NCBI GenBank assembly: GCA_965209035.1
Contig: OZ242372.1
Coordinates: 1,792,001 to 1,856,000 of the forward strand
Direction of reading: 5' to 3'
Length of the DNA: 64,000 nucleotides
From: Gammaproteobacteria bacterium
GTDB taxonomy: Bacteria > Pseudomonadota > Gammaproteobacteria > CBDBNL01 > JAAOII01
Shown: positions 44,007-54,517 of the stretch, piece after piece
Layout: each line of letters opens with the position of its first letter
Numbering within the stretch: position 1 is the first letter of the stretch
The notes under the pieces: model-generated
What the model was told of the DNA's origin: nothing
Database searches by the model: none
Seen by the model: the letters and a program-made list of their open reading frames with translations, nothing else
Made by a program: the position numbers and the translations under genes

Positions 44007-45511
44007 TGAAAACTTTGCGTTTGTTCGGTTATATTACTTTATTCAGTATTGGCGTCATCATCGTCTTGTCGGGTATTCTAACGGCAGTTTCTTTTTTGGA
44101 TAAAGGAAACAGCAGATGGTCGTTGCTTTTTGAAAATGTCAGAGAATCAGTGGAACTGATTTATGAGGGTGATATTAATCAGCTCATAGCAAGAGGAAAC
44201 AGAAAACTGCATTCTTTTTATCCGGCATCACATTCGGTTGTGACAAAATCGACAAAAATAGCAATGCTATATCACCCGTGGGGGATGGATTTCGCTCCTA
44301 TTAATGGAATAGATCAATTATTGGTAACTGAAAGATTTCGGAAGAATATTGCGGTTATTGAGAATGACGAACTGTGGGGAAAATTGAATGTAGATATTGT
44401 GGAAAACATTACTGCGGAAAAAGAAGATTCTGAATTGACAAAGAAAAAAGTATATACTTTCCAGCTCTACGATGTTGCTTTTGATCCGGATTATGATAAT
44501 CAAGATAATCAATATATTTATGTTTCGGCTATTATCAAGACAAAAGGCCCGGGGGAATTAGGTTGCGAGAATCATGCGATCCTTAAGATCCGCTATGATT
44601 ATGAGAAAAAGAAAATCTTAAATAAGCCGATTACACAAGATGACATTATTTTTGAAACAAATGATACAAAAGCCGGAGGTACGGATTGCCGGGCAAGAGA
44701 AAGAGGTGTTGTTGTAGGAAACCGTATTCATTTTTTGCGGGACAAAACACTTTTATTTTCCATCGGTTATAGTAATAATGATCATCTTGCCGAGCATTCT
44801 GCCGAGGTTCCTGCGGCCCAAGACATGGGATACTTTGAGAGCAAGTTACTGCGTATGACCCGCAATGGCATAGCAGTTTGTGATCGGCATCCTTTGGCTT
44901 CCAATCCTTTTTGCGATAGGTCGGAGAAGGCGGCAAAATACATTCACACTTTAGGTCACAAAGATATTCAAGGAATTACGGAAGATGCGGACGGTAATAT
45001 CTGGACTTCCGAACACGGGCCCCATCGTGGCGATGAAATTAATCGCATAGTTGCGGGGAATAATTACGGTTTTCCTTATTTGTGTGTTAGGTGTCGTCCC
45101 TATGTTCCTCCTTTCCCGATCAGTTACTCCGAATATGAAAAGTCTCCCGCACTTTTATCTGCAAGGTTGATTGCGGATGGCCATTCCAATCCGTCGAATT
45201 TTGTGCAAACTTTGATAAAACCTGTGTACTCTTGGGAAGACTATGCTTGGAATTTTTCTATAGCCCCATCTGGCATAGATTATTACAGCTATGAAGGGGA
45301 GTTTCATAACAATTTGTTCATTGCAACTCTGGCTAACGAAAAATTGGAGAGGCTAAAAATTCAAAATGACGGAAAAATTTTAAGAGAGGATCCTCTTTAT
45401 CAAGGAATTCGCATCAGAGATGTTCAAGTACGGGATGCAGAAAATATTTATGTTTTGATAGACCATGGCGAAGGAGATACCGTGTTGAAGTTTACCTTAA
45501 GAACCAAATGA
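44003..45511 (+). CDS. Membrane-anchored PQQ-dependent glucose/sorbosone dehydrogenase family protein
   Basis: HPWGMDF, LLVTER, LGHKDIQG, SEHGPHRGDEIN, GNNYGFP, IAPSG, RIRDV. N-terminal TM helix. Confidence 0.85.
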   Translation: MMKTLRLFGYITLFSIGVIIVLSGILTAVSFLDKGNSRWSLLFENVRESVELIYEGDINQLIARGNRKLHSFYPASHSVVTKSTKIAMLYHPWGMDFAPINGIDQLLVTERFRKNIAVIENDELWGKLNVDIVENITAEKEDSELTKKKVYTFQLYDVAFDPDYDNQDNQYIYVSAIIKTKGPGELGCENHAILKIRYDYEKKKILNKPITQDDIIFETNDTKAGGTDCRARERGVVVGNRIHFLRDKTLLFSIGYSNNDHLAEHSAEVPAAQDMGYFESKLLRMTRNGIAVCDRHPLASNPFCDRSEKAAKYIHTLGHKDIQGITEDADGNIWTSEHGPHRGDEINRIVAGNNYGFPYLCVRCRPYVPPFPISYSEYEKSPALLSARLIADGHSNPSNFVQTLIKPVYSWEDYAWNFSIAPSGIDYYSYEGEFHNNLFIATLANEKLERLKIQNDGKILREDPLYQGIRIRDVQVRDAENIYVLIDHGEGDTVLKFTLRTK

Positions 45512-45573
45512 TGAATTTTATTTGGAACAGAAAAGTGGATCTCATATACACGAGGGGCAACAAGAATAACTAA

Positions 45574-45748
45574 CGATTTTATTTTTATCATTTTTCTATA
45601 GATAGCTTGTTACTATGAGTTTTTTACAAATTAATCATTTATACAAGAGTTTTGGCAGTGCCAAGATTCTGGATAACATCGATCTCGCCGCCAAAGAAGG
45701 CGAGTTTCTTGTCTTGGTCGGCCCTTCGGGCTGCGGTAAGTCAACGCT
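45574..45748 (+). repeat. Copy 2 of the 175-bp direct repeat
   Basis: See 43819-43993. Confidence 0.95.
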
Positions 45749-46724
45749 CCTCAATATCATTGCCGGCCTGATACCGCACGATAGCGGCGATATTGTCATA
45801 GGCGGTAAGAATGTTGTGGGTCTGCATCCTTCCAAACGCAATATTGCGATGGTGTTTCAGTCCTATGCCCTTTATCCGAATATGACGGTGGAACAGAACA
45901 TCTGTTTTGGAATGGAGATGAACCGAGTCCCCAAAGACAAGCGACGCAAAAAAGCCATGGATGTGGCAAAGATATTGCAATTGGAGAACTTGCTGCGTCG
46001 CAAGCCGAGCCAGTTATCCGGCGGGCAAAGGCAGCGCGTCGCCATGGGCAGGGCAATGGCAAGGTCGCCGCAGGTTTTTCTGTTTGATGAGCCTCTCTCC
46101 AATCTGGATGCCAAGTTGCGTTTGGAGATGCGTGCCGAAATAAAGAAACTCCATTTTGTCACCGGAACAACCATGGTTTATGTTACCCACGATCAGATAG
46201 AAGCGATGACGCTGGCAAGTCGCATTGCGGTGATGAATCAAGGAGTTATTCAACAATTCGGGACGCCGCGCGAAATTTATCATTCGCCGAATAACACATT
46301 TGTGGCGGGTTTTATGGGATCTCCGGCTATGAACCTGTTTGAGGTTTCTCTGAAATCAAAGGGGAGCAACCTTGCTGCCATTGGGCGGGATGCGAAAAAT
46401 AAGGATGTAACTTTCGTTGTTTCAAAACCTTCCGCGGCATTGAAAAAATACGCTAAATCCAAAGTGATTATGGGGATCCGTCCGGAGGGTATTTCCAACT
46501 CGGGCAGCGGTCCCGTGGCAAAAATGCAAAAAGTGAACTGCCAGGTGGATCTGGTAGACCCTATCGGCTCCGATACCCTGGTGACATTTATTCTAAGCGG
46601 TGTCAATGTTACCGCCAAGTTACCCGGCGACATCGCCGTGGAAATTAAAAAGAAGATCACGCTCTTTTTTAATATGGAGCGTGTCTGTTTCTTTGACAAG
46701 AAAACCGGCGAGAGAATCAATTAG
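45615..46724 (+). CDS. Carbohydrate ABC transporter ATP-binding protein (MalK/UgpC-like)
   Basis: GPSGCGKST, LSGGQRQRVAMGRA, DEPLSNLDAKLR, VTHDQ. Confidence 0.95.
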   Translation: MSFLQINHLYKSFGSAKILDNIDLAAKEGEFLVLVGPSGCGKSTLLNIIAGLIPHDSGDIVIGGKNVVGLHPSKRNIAMVFQSYALYPNMTVEQNICFGMEMNRVPKDKRRKKAMDVAKILQLENLLRRKPSQLSGGQRQRVAMGRAMARSPQVFLFDEPLSNLDAKLRLEMRAEIKKLHFVTGTTMVYVTHDQIEAMTLASRIAVMNQGVIQQFGTPREIYHSPNNTFVAGFMGSPAMNLFEVSLKSKGSNLAAIGRDAKNKDVTFVVSKPSAALKKYAKSKVIMGIRPEGISNSGSGPVAKMQKVNCQVDLVDPIGSDTLVTFILSGVNVTAKLPGDIAVEIKKKITLFFNMERVCFFDKKTGERIN

Positions 46725-46732
46725 CATAAAAA

Positions 46733-47662
46733 ATGGAAATGTTCTTCGGTGGTATCGAAACTTTTTGTCATTTTGTTATTTTTGTAGCAAGTGTTTGGGC
46801 TATTGCGCTCGTTGTTTACATCTTTCTTTTTGCTTATCACTTCTATAATGCTACGGACAAGCGGGGAATCTGTTTTTTGAAACATTGGGCGTGCGGCATC
46901 GTTTGCTATAAGCCGTGTGGCATCTCGCCGGTTATTTTGAAAGCATTGCCGTTGAGGGATAAGAGTAAGAAGTCGGATGCGGATAAGAATGAGGGAGAAA
47001 AAACTGATAGTGTGCTTGCGGGAAAACGTAACTGGGTTGTCCAAGAAGATATTTTGATTACAATTAACGATTCATATACCGCGGCCTTGCTTGAGATTAA
47101 AAAAGGCGATAAAGTCTTAATTCCGCGGTGTTTTAGAACAGACGGGGCTTCTGTTCCGCGATCTTTTTGGTTTATCTCTTCTCCGACGGGCATGTTATTT
47201 CGTGCGGCTCTTTTACATGATTATGCTTGTCGTAAGGGTGAAATCATAATTGCTGGGAAATCGGCCCCTCTAAAAAAATCGATGTTATTTTGGGAACTTC
47301 TTTTTCTGCGCATCGCGATTGAGACCAACGGCCGGATTTCCTTGATTATTCATTTGATCCCATTTCTCGCTTTGGTTTGCTTTCGCCGCTTTGTCATATT
47401 GGTCACAAAATATTTGGTCCCATTTCTTGGGTTGGTCTGCTTTGGCTGGTTCTCCTGGTTCGGTAGAAAAAAAACTGCGGATGACGCAAATGACGAACCG
47501 GACAAAATATCCAAAAAGATATGGCAGTATGTCTACTTGGCGTTTAATCTTTTTATGGGCACTCTGATTCTTTATCTGCTTTTTCTATTTTTCCGTGAAT
47601 TCTTATGTCGTTTTTCATTTATTAAACCCCTATGTGAATTCCTCTCCTGCCTGATAGGGTAA
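46733..47662 (+). CDS. DUF1353-domain membrane protein
   Basis: FRTDGASVPRSFW..P.G..RAALLHDY plus flanking TM segments. Internal duplication of IPFL..VCF. Confidence 0.75.
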   Translation: MEMFFGGIETFCHFVIFVASVWAIALVVYIFLFAYHFYNATDKRGICFLKHWACGIVCYKPCGISPVILKALPLRDKSKKSDADKNEGEKTDSVLAGKRNWVVQEDILITINDSYTAALLEIKKGDKVLIPRCFRTDGASVPRSFWFISSPTGMLFRAALLHDYACRKGEIIIAGKSAPLKKSMLFWELLFLRIAIETNGRISLIIHLIPFLALVCFRRFVILVTKYLVPFLGLVCFGWFSWFGRKKTADDANDEPDKISKKIWQYVYLAFNLFMGTLILYLLFLFFREFLCRFSFIKPLCEFLSCLIG

Positions 47663-47748
47663 TAGCAGAAAATAAGAGACCTCAAAACCCGACGGACTTA
47701 CCTTGGAATTTAAATATTATCCTAAAAAATCTGCCGAAACTGAGACTA
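47319..47748 (+). repeat. Copy 1 of a diverged direct repeat (3' end of the DUF1353 gene plus downstream DNA; copy 2 at 52652-52995)
   Basis: Shared blocks TTGAGACCAACGG, TTATTCATTTGAT, AAAAAAACTGCGGATGA, ATTCTTTATCTG, TTGGAATTTAAATATTATCC and AAAAAATCTGCCG. Confidence 0.88.
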
Positions 47749-47754
47749 CCGCAT

Positions 47755-47812
47755 CATCCCGGAAAGGTTTTAGACTCTGAGTTTGGTGTTGTGCGTCTTT
47801 AGAATCGGGAAT
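47755..47812 (+). repeat. Fourth copy of the dispersed hairpin element
   Basis: CCCGGAAAGGTTTTAGACTCTGAGTTTGGTGTTGTGCGTCTTTAGAATCGGGAATC. Confidence 0.75.
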
Positions 47813-48031
47813 CGGAGGCACCCGGTGATCTATGCGGAGGCAATGTTCACAATTTAAATTGTTGAAGTAAAAATACATAAATAAAGAGAGGAAAATTAGA
47901 ACTATGTCAAAGCAAGAGAGCAGCCGGAGAATGATCGCTATGCAAACAAGCGGGGTCCAAACAATCTGTCCGCAGGTTTGGCCGAAATGTGCCGAGCCGG
48001 CTGAAGTCGCAAAAGAGAAACCTGATCCCGT

Positions 48032-51000
48032 ATGAAAGCATTTGAGGCCTTAGAACAGATTCGCCGGGAAAGTGCCTCCACCTCAGATTTAGGGCGATCA
48101 TTTGAAAAATTGTTTTGTCAAGTGGCTATCAAGAGTCCCGAACTGGAAATTGAGTCCATATATCCGATAGCCCAATGGCCGGATGCACACAAACACGCAC
48201 TTGACGGAAGAGACATAGGCGTCGATCTGGTGGCAGTGCTCACTTCCGGTGATACGGTGGCAATACAATGCAAAGCATATTCTTCGAATACGCCGGTCAG
48301 TCGGGACGATGTTAGGAATTTTTTGGCGGGTTCTCAAAACTCGGTATTTACTTTGAGGTGGCTTGTGACAACCTCCGGCATAAATGATAATGTTCGGCAA
48401 ATGCTGGTGAACACAAATGTCAAAGTCCTGTACTTTACAGATTTTCATTCGGTTGAATTGGATACCGCGCAACAACCACCGCGCGAACTCTGGCCATTAC
48501 AACAAGAATCTTTGGAAAAAGTCGTACAAGGATTTAGTGAGCAGCCGAAGGAACAGGGGCGCGGCCGCTTGATAATGGCTTGCGGGACAGGTAAAACATT
48601 CACCGCACTACGCATTACGGAAAAACTGGTAGATTCTAACGGAACTATTTTGTTTCTGGCTCCCAGTATTGCCTTGGTGGCACAGGCACGGCGGGAATGG
48701 TTAACTCACAGTCGGCGGCCTCTGCAATGCACCGTGATTTGCTCGGATGCCACTGCCGGTTCCTCGGATACCCGGCAGAATGTGGAGGCTCTGCTTATGG
48801 AATTATCCTGCTCGGTCACTACGGAACCCGGGAAAATTGCTCGCTCTATTCTTAACAACCAAGAAAAGTTATCAAAATCCGGCGGCGTTTCGGTGGTATT
48901 CTGCACTTATCATTCACTGGATAAACTGATTACAGCACAAAAAGAATATCAACTCAAACCGTTTGACTTGGCAATAGTGGATGAGGCACATCGGACAGCG
49001 GGAACGCAATTAGAAGACACTGCCGATAGACGTCTGTTTAAGAAAATTCATTATGATGACGAAATTCGATGCCATAAACGCTTATATATGACAGCAACGC
49101 CCAAAATATATTCCGATAAATCCAAGTTTAAGATGCAAAGCCGTTATCCGGATTTACAAATCATAGATATGAATGACGAGGAAATCTATGGTCCTCTATT
49201 TTCACGACTTTCGTTTAAGGAGGCGGTCAAAAAAGATATGTTGACTAATGTCCGGGTTATCGCTCTTGGCTTGTCAGAAGATGAATTGGATACCGATATG
49301 CGCGAACAGTTTGAGCAGATCAGCAATGAGATAGAAGGGGTTGGAGGGCCACCGGAAATGCAAGAGTATTTGGCGGCAACTCTTATCTATATGGCTGTCA
49401 TGGGCTTGGGTAGAAAAGGGGATAGCAATCTCCCCGATAATTTGCCGAGCACAATCGTGTATGCTAACACGATTCGTAAGTCCAAATGGTTTACGCAAGT
49501 TCTTGAAGAGTTTAACTCCGGCTCCTTAAAACCGTTTGCTGATCTTCTTCACGGTAAACTAAAAGAAGTCACCGCCACTACCCCCCCCCCCCCCCCCCCC
49601 CCCCCACACACACACTGCCTCTCGTAAAAAAATAGAGGCTGTTCATTTGGATGCAAAGAGTAATGCATTCCAAAGAAAACAAGCATTGGATGCACTCAAT
49701 AGTGCCGAGGCAACCGGCACGAACAGGGTGATTAGTAATGTCCGATTATTTTCCGAAGGAGTGGATGTGCCGGCACTTAGCAGCATTGCTTTTCTAAACG
49801 CACGAGACAGCATCACTGATATTATTCAAGCCATCGGTCGGGTCATGCGTAAACCCGCCGGTGAATCTGCCAAGAAATATGGCTACATCATCGCCCCGTT
49901 TTACTTGGCGAGAGGAGAGAGTGTGGCAGAGGCACTGGAAAAGAAGTCGCCGCGCTTCGCAACTCTTGGCAAAGTATTGAGAGCACTCCTGTCCCATGAT
50001 GAAACCCTTAAAGATAATCTACAAGAGGCATTGCAGGTGGGGGTGGTAGCCCTAAAGAAAAAGGGGCCGAACGATGCCCAAGAAGAAGAGGGCGATTACG
50101 ATAGCACAAAACAGTTATCACTTTATTGGCATCAATTAGAGGGTATCCATCCGGAGATAGCCAATTACTGTGGGCTCGGTCATCGCGGTAAGTGGCTGGC
50201 GGAACGCATTATTAGTGCGGTTCAACGCGCAGCAAAGATTTTTGAAGAAGAGGGCGTTGCCAAGACATTGGCAATCTCATTGGGCAAGTCGGAGTCCTTA
50301 CTGGAAAGTCTTAATTCAGATGAGGCGGAGGGTGCCAAGTGGAAGCAAGACGCATGTAGCACATCTTCCCTGTTACTGATCAATGCTTGTTTGATGCATA
50401 AACGCCTTGAAGCAACCGGTAAATGTGAGGGCGAGGGCATAGCCAACTTGGATAAACTCACCGGCAAACAAGAAGTTCTCCCTGTTTTAATAGACAGTTG
50501 GCAAGTTATTTTGAAGCGAGATTACAAGCCCATTTTTGAGCAGGCAGTCCGGATATTGAATGATTTGCAGAAAGAACATAGCGATATTAAGAATTTGAAC
50601 AGGGCCTTGCGTCATCTGATCAATTGTGCCTATGAGATGGCAGAGGATTTGAACGAACTGGGCTATGATCATGCGGGCCCTTTGTATCATAAAATTCTGG
50701 AACACGCGGCAAGCCAAGGAGCCTTTTATACCAAAAACATATCCGCTCTCCTATTATCCAAACTGGCATTTAACAAAACATTTACCGACTGGAAAGATGC
50801 CGACAAAGTCCAAGAACTAAAAGTGTTGGACCCAAGTTGTGGAACGGGAACCTTGCTAATGGCAACGCTAAATACATTTAAACAAAGAGTCATAGCAGCC
50901 GGAAGTTTGAGCCGGGCAGAACCGGGAAACCTGCATAAGAACCTGGTAGAAAATTGTATTCATGGGTTTGATATTACACCCTATGCGGTTCAACTTGCTG

Positions 51001-52625
51001 CCTGCAATATGACACTTGGCGATCCAAATGTTTCCTATAAAAAAATGTGGCTATACACTCTGCCTTATGGACAGAAAAGTGGCAGGGATGAGGTTAAGGC
51101 GCATAATGTGCGTCAAGGCTCTTTGGAATTGCTTCTGCAAGAAGGCAGTGCTTCTGATAACGGGCAACACAATATGCAAGAGTTTTTACAGAAGTCGGCG
51201 CAAGGTTCCGGCTTGGAAGGGGGGACTGCTTCTTTGGGAGAGATAAGCAACTCCTATGATGCGGTCATTATGAATCCGCCCTATACGGATACCTCAAAGC
51301 AGAAGGGTCAATTCCCACTTGCGGTTGGTGAAGCAATGAGTGAGAGGCTGCAAATAATTGCCGGCCATCTTACCAAGAATGCGCCGGAAGAGGCTGCCGC
51401 TCTGGCAAAAATGTCTATAAGACCTTTCTTTAGTCCTCTTGCCGATCGCTTGGTGCATCCGGCCCGAGGCACCTTGGCAAAATTCATGCCTGCTACTGCA
51501 TGCACTGCTATGGGGGGAATTAAGGAAAGGCAGTTTTTGGCAAAGAGATTTCATATTGAAACCATTATTACCACGCATGATCCAAAGGATATTGCTTTTT
51601 CGGCTTCAACAAGCATTCACGAAAGCATACTCATCGCTCGCAGAGATACCGACAAGAACAAGCCGACAAGGTTTGTGCAGTTGGCGCATATGCCGCAAAC
51701 AGTGGAAGAAGTAGAGGTCCTGACAAACGCCATTGAAAAGTCTGAGATGGGAGACTGGGGCAATATCATTCACTGGCCCGCCCCAAAAGTTCAAGCAGGT
51801 GATTGGTCGCCGGTTCTTTGGTATTCGACTGATCTTTTAAATGCTATTCAGCAGATTCAACAACTGAAAGGACTCGCCCCATACAGGAGCGAAACATATT
51901 ATCCCGTCCTGGGGCAGAGTTTTAGAGGTATGTTTGATTATTTGGCAACATCGGAAAACGAAGCTAATCATAACAAAGCAATGCTTCAAGGGTTTGGAGC
52001 ATACTGTTCTATCAAAGAAGAATATCGCAAAACCATGCATTCGTCACCGGATAGCCTAGCAGTTCCCAAACAAGGGAAGGAAGAACAAGCAAAAAGATTA
52101 CTAAGTAAGGGCGGTCACGTGCTCATCCCGGGGCGGTTTAGCACCACAAGCGGGAGAGTGATGGCACTATATACGGAAGAACCGAGCATAGGAAGTGCAT
52201 ACCTGCCCATGGATAGCAGTGATGCAATGGATCGAAATACGGCAAAGGCCTTCACGGTTTTTCTTAACTCGTCCTTTGGTCTGTTACAATTCCTAAACAT
52301 TAGAACGAAAAAGCTGACTTATCCTCAGTTTGAGATGGGTAGTTTGAAAACATTGAGATTTCCGGTGGAAAGCCCGGATCTTTCACCTTTGGTTAAAGTT
52401 TTTAACAAAACAGCACAAGAGGAACTCTTAAGATTAAACAAAGCGAATGAAGACCCCGTTCGTAAAAAATTAGATTATGTGGTTGCCAAACTTTTGGGCG
52501 TAGAACCAGCCGAAACCGATAAATGGCGGACACTACTTGCACTAGAACCCACCATATCCAACAAACCTGCCACCAACAGGCCGAAAATAAAACAAGCCGA
52601 AGAGGATTCTCGCCGTTCCGCATAA
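48032..52625 (+). CDS. Type ISP-like (LlaGI/LlaBIII architecture) R-M enzyme, split by a frameshift at a poly-C tract
   Basis: ORF1: Mrr-like DIGVDLV..AIQCK, MACGTGKT, DEAHRT, MTATP. ORF2: helicase-C FSEGVDVP, QAIGRVMR, MTase DPSCGTGT and MNPPY, then a TRD. The ORF2 frame stays open back to the tract. Confidence 0.85.
49581..49615. repeat. C25 homopolymer followed by (AC)5
   Basis: Counted directly in the sequence. Confidence 0.95.
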
Positions 52626-52651
52626 GTCGGACAGGGTCTCGAACGCTTCGC

Positions 52652-52995
52652 TTGAGACCAACGGACCGATCTCCTTTATTATTCATTTGATTCCATTTCT
52701 TGTTTTGGCCTGCTTTGACATGATGTCCGGGTTCGGCTGGAAAAAAACTGCGGATGAAGCAAACCGTGTAAACCACCCGACGAAGATAACCTCCAAAAAA
52801 TTCTTGCGGTATTTCTACCCGGCATTTAACTTTATTATGGGGATCTTCATTCTTTATCTGTTTTATGTATTCTTTCTTGAATTGTTCTTCTTGGTGATAC
52901 GTTAAATAGTGACAGGAAATGAGAAACCTCAAAATCCGACGGATTGCTTTGGAATTTAAATATTATCCCAAAAAATCTGCCGGAACAAGGATTAC
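52652..52995 (+). pseudogene. Copy 2 of the diverged repeat: orphan 3' fragment of a DUF1353-gene paralogue
   Basis: IPFLVLACF..FGWKKTADEAN...FNFIMGIFILYLF matches the C-terminus of 46733-47662. Confidence 0.8.
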
Positions 52996-53221
52996 TCTTT
53001 CTCATTGAATTAAAATAGTTTTATGCGAAATATTTTTGCCCGTGCAGTATTTACGAAAAACGCTGGAAACACGCCGGAAAAACATCGGCCGAACAAATAT
53101 CAAAGGAGACAGCCTGGTTTTATGTGTTACTGCCTTGAGAATTCCAAAATGTTGTTTCGGACCCGGTCAGGACGAACGACTACCGGCAATATCTTAACAA
53201 GACTGCTTTGCGGACGATAGC

Positions 53222-54073
53222 ATGACAACCTCTTCGCAAATCGTTTATCTTAATGGCGAATATCTCCCTTTGGAGTCGGCGCATATTAGCCCCTTGGACC
53301 GGGGGTTTTTGTTCGGGGACGGTGTCTATGAAGTTGCCAAGTATTGCCGGGGAAACCCGTTTTACTATGCGGCACATTTGGCACGCCTGCACAAGAGTCT
53401 TGCGGGGCTGCGTATTCCCGCTCCCGCGGAAACCGATTTTCTGACACTTGGTCAAAAACTTCTAAAAGAAAACGGTTTATTGGAAACAGATGCTCTGGTC
53501 TACTTGCAGATTACGCGCGGCACCTATGCAAAACGCAGCCATGAATTTCCGGTGGGGGAGTGCAAACCCACAGTATTTGCGATGGCATCGCCGGCCCCGC
53601 CGCGGGACGAAAAGGGCATTAAGTTGACCAGTGCCGATGATCTGCGATGGGATCTGTGTCGTTTTAAGACAGTGAATCTGCTGGGCAATGTTCTTGCCCG
53701 TCAGGATGCGGCGGAAGCCGGCGCACAGGAAGTTGTTTTAATTCGGGACGGAAAAGTGACCGAGTGTTCGTCTTCCGCTTTGGCGATTGTCCGAGACGGC
53801 GAGGTGATCACCCACCCGCCGGCCGATTACATTCTCCCCAGTGTTAGCATCCTTGCCTTACGGGACATCTGCGGTCAAGAAAAGGTCCCCTATGCGGAGC
53901 GTCCTTTCGGGCCGGAAGAAATATTCTCGGCGGACGAGGTTTTGGTTCTTAGCAGTGCTTTTGATATTCGCCATGCGGTGATGCTGGACGGGAAGTCGGT
54001 CGGCAAGGGTGAGGCAGTATGCTACCGGAAGTTCAGAAAGGCGTTTGACGATCTGCTGGCAGTTACGAATTAA
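53222..54073 (+). CDS. Class IV aminotransferase (D-amino-acid transaminase-like)
   Basis: DRGFLFGDGVYEV, YLQITRG, KTVNLL, VTECSSS. Confidence 0.9.
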   Translation: MTTSSQIVYLNGEYLPLESAHISPLDRGFLFGDGVYEVAKYCRGNPFYYAAHLARLHKSLAGLRIPAPAETDFLTLGQKLLKENGLLETDALVYLQITRGTYAKRSHEFPVGECKPTVFAMASPAPPRDEKGIKLTSADDLRWDLCRFKTVNLLGNVLARQDAAEAGAQEVVLIRDGKVTECSSSALAIVRDGEVITHPPADYILPSVSILALRDICGQEKVPYAERPFGPEEIFSADEVLVLSSAFDIRHAVMLDGKSVGKGEAVCYRKFRKAFDDLLAVTN

Positions 54074-54080
54074 CGAAAAA

Positions 54081-54154
54081 TGGGTCGTATAGGACTTGAA
54101 CCTATAACCAACTGGTTAAGAGCCAGCTGCTCTGCCAAATTGAGCTAACGACCC
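54081..54154 (-). tRNA. tRNA-Lys(CTT)
   Basis: Reverse complement GGGTCGTTAGCTCAATTTGGCAGAGCA-GCTGG-CTCTTAA-CCAGT...GGTTCAAGTCC...ACGACCCA. Confidence 0.95.
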
Positions 54155-54197
54155 TCGCATCCGTAAAACTTGTAAAAACAATAAAAGATTTCAAATA

Positions 54198-54270
54198 TGG
54201 GTCGTGCAGGATTCGAACCTGCGACCAATTGGTTAAAAGCCAACTGCTCTACCGGCTGAGCTAACGACCC
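54198..54270 (-). tRNA. tRNA-Lys(TTT)
   Basis: Reverse complement GGGTCGTTAGCTCAGCCGGTAGAGCA-GTTGG-CTTTTAA-CCAAT...GGTTCGAATCC...ACGACCCA. Confidence 0.96.
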
Positions 54271-54517
54271 GCAACCGTTTCTTTTTTCCTTTTTCTTTTT
54301 ATTGTATGACAAAAGGATTGCTCCGTGCGGGTGTTGTGTGAGTTATATTTTGTTTGGCGGATCTTTTAACGCGCTTGCGACTAACCCGGACCAACCCGGA
54401 CAAAATCCAAGCACAAAATAGTTTTTCATTATTCCGGATTCCGGTCAAGCACGGGAATACCGGGAATATTGGAATGCCGCCTAGACTATTACGGGATTGT
54501 TAAGGTTGCCCGGGATG

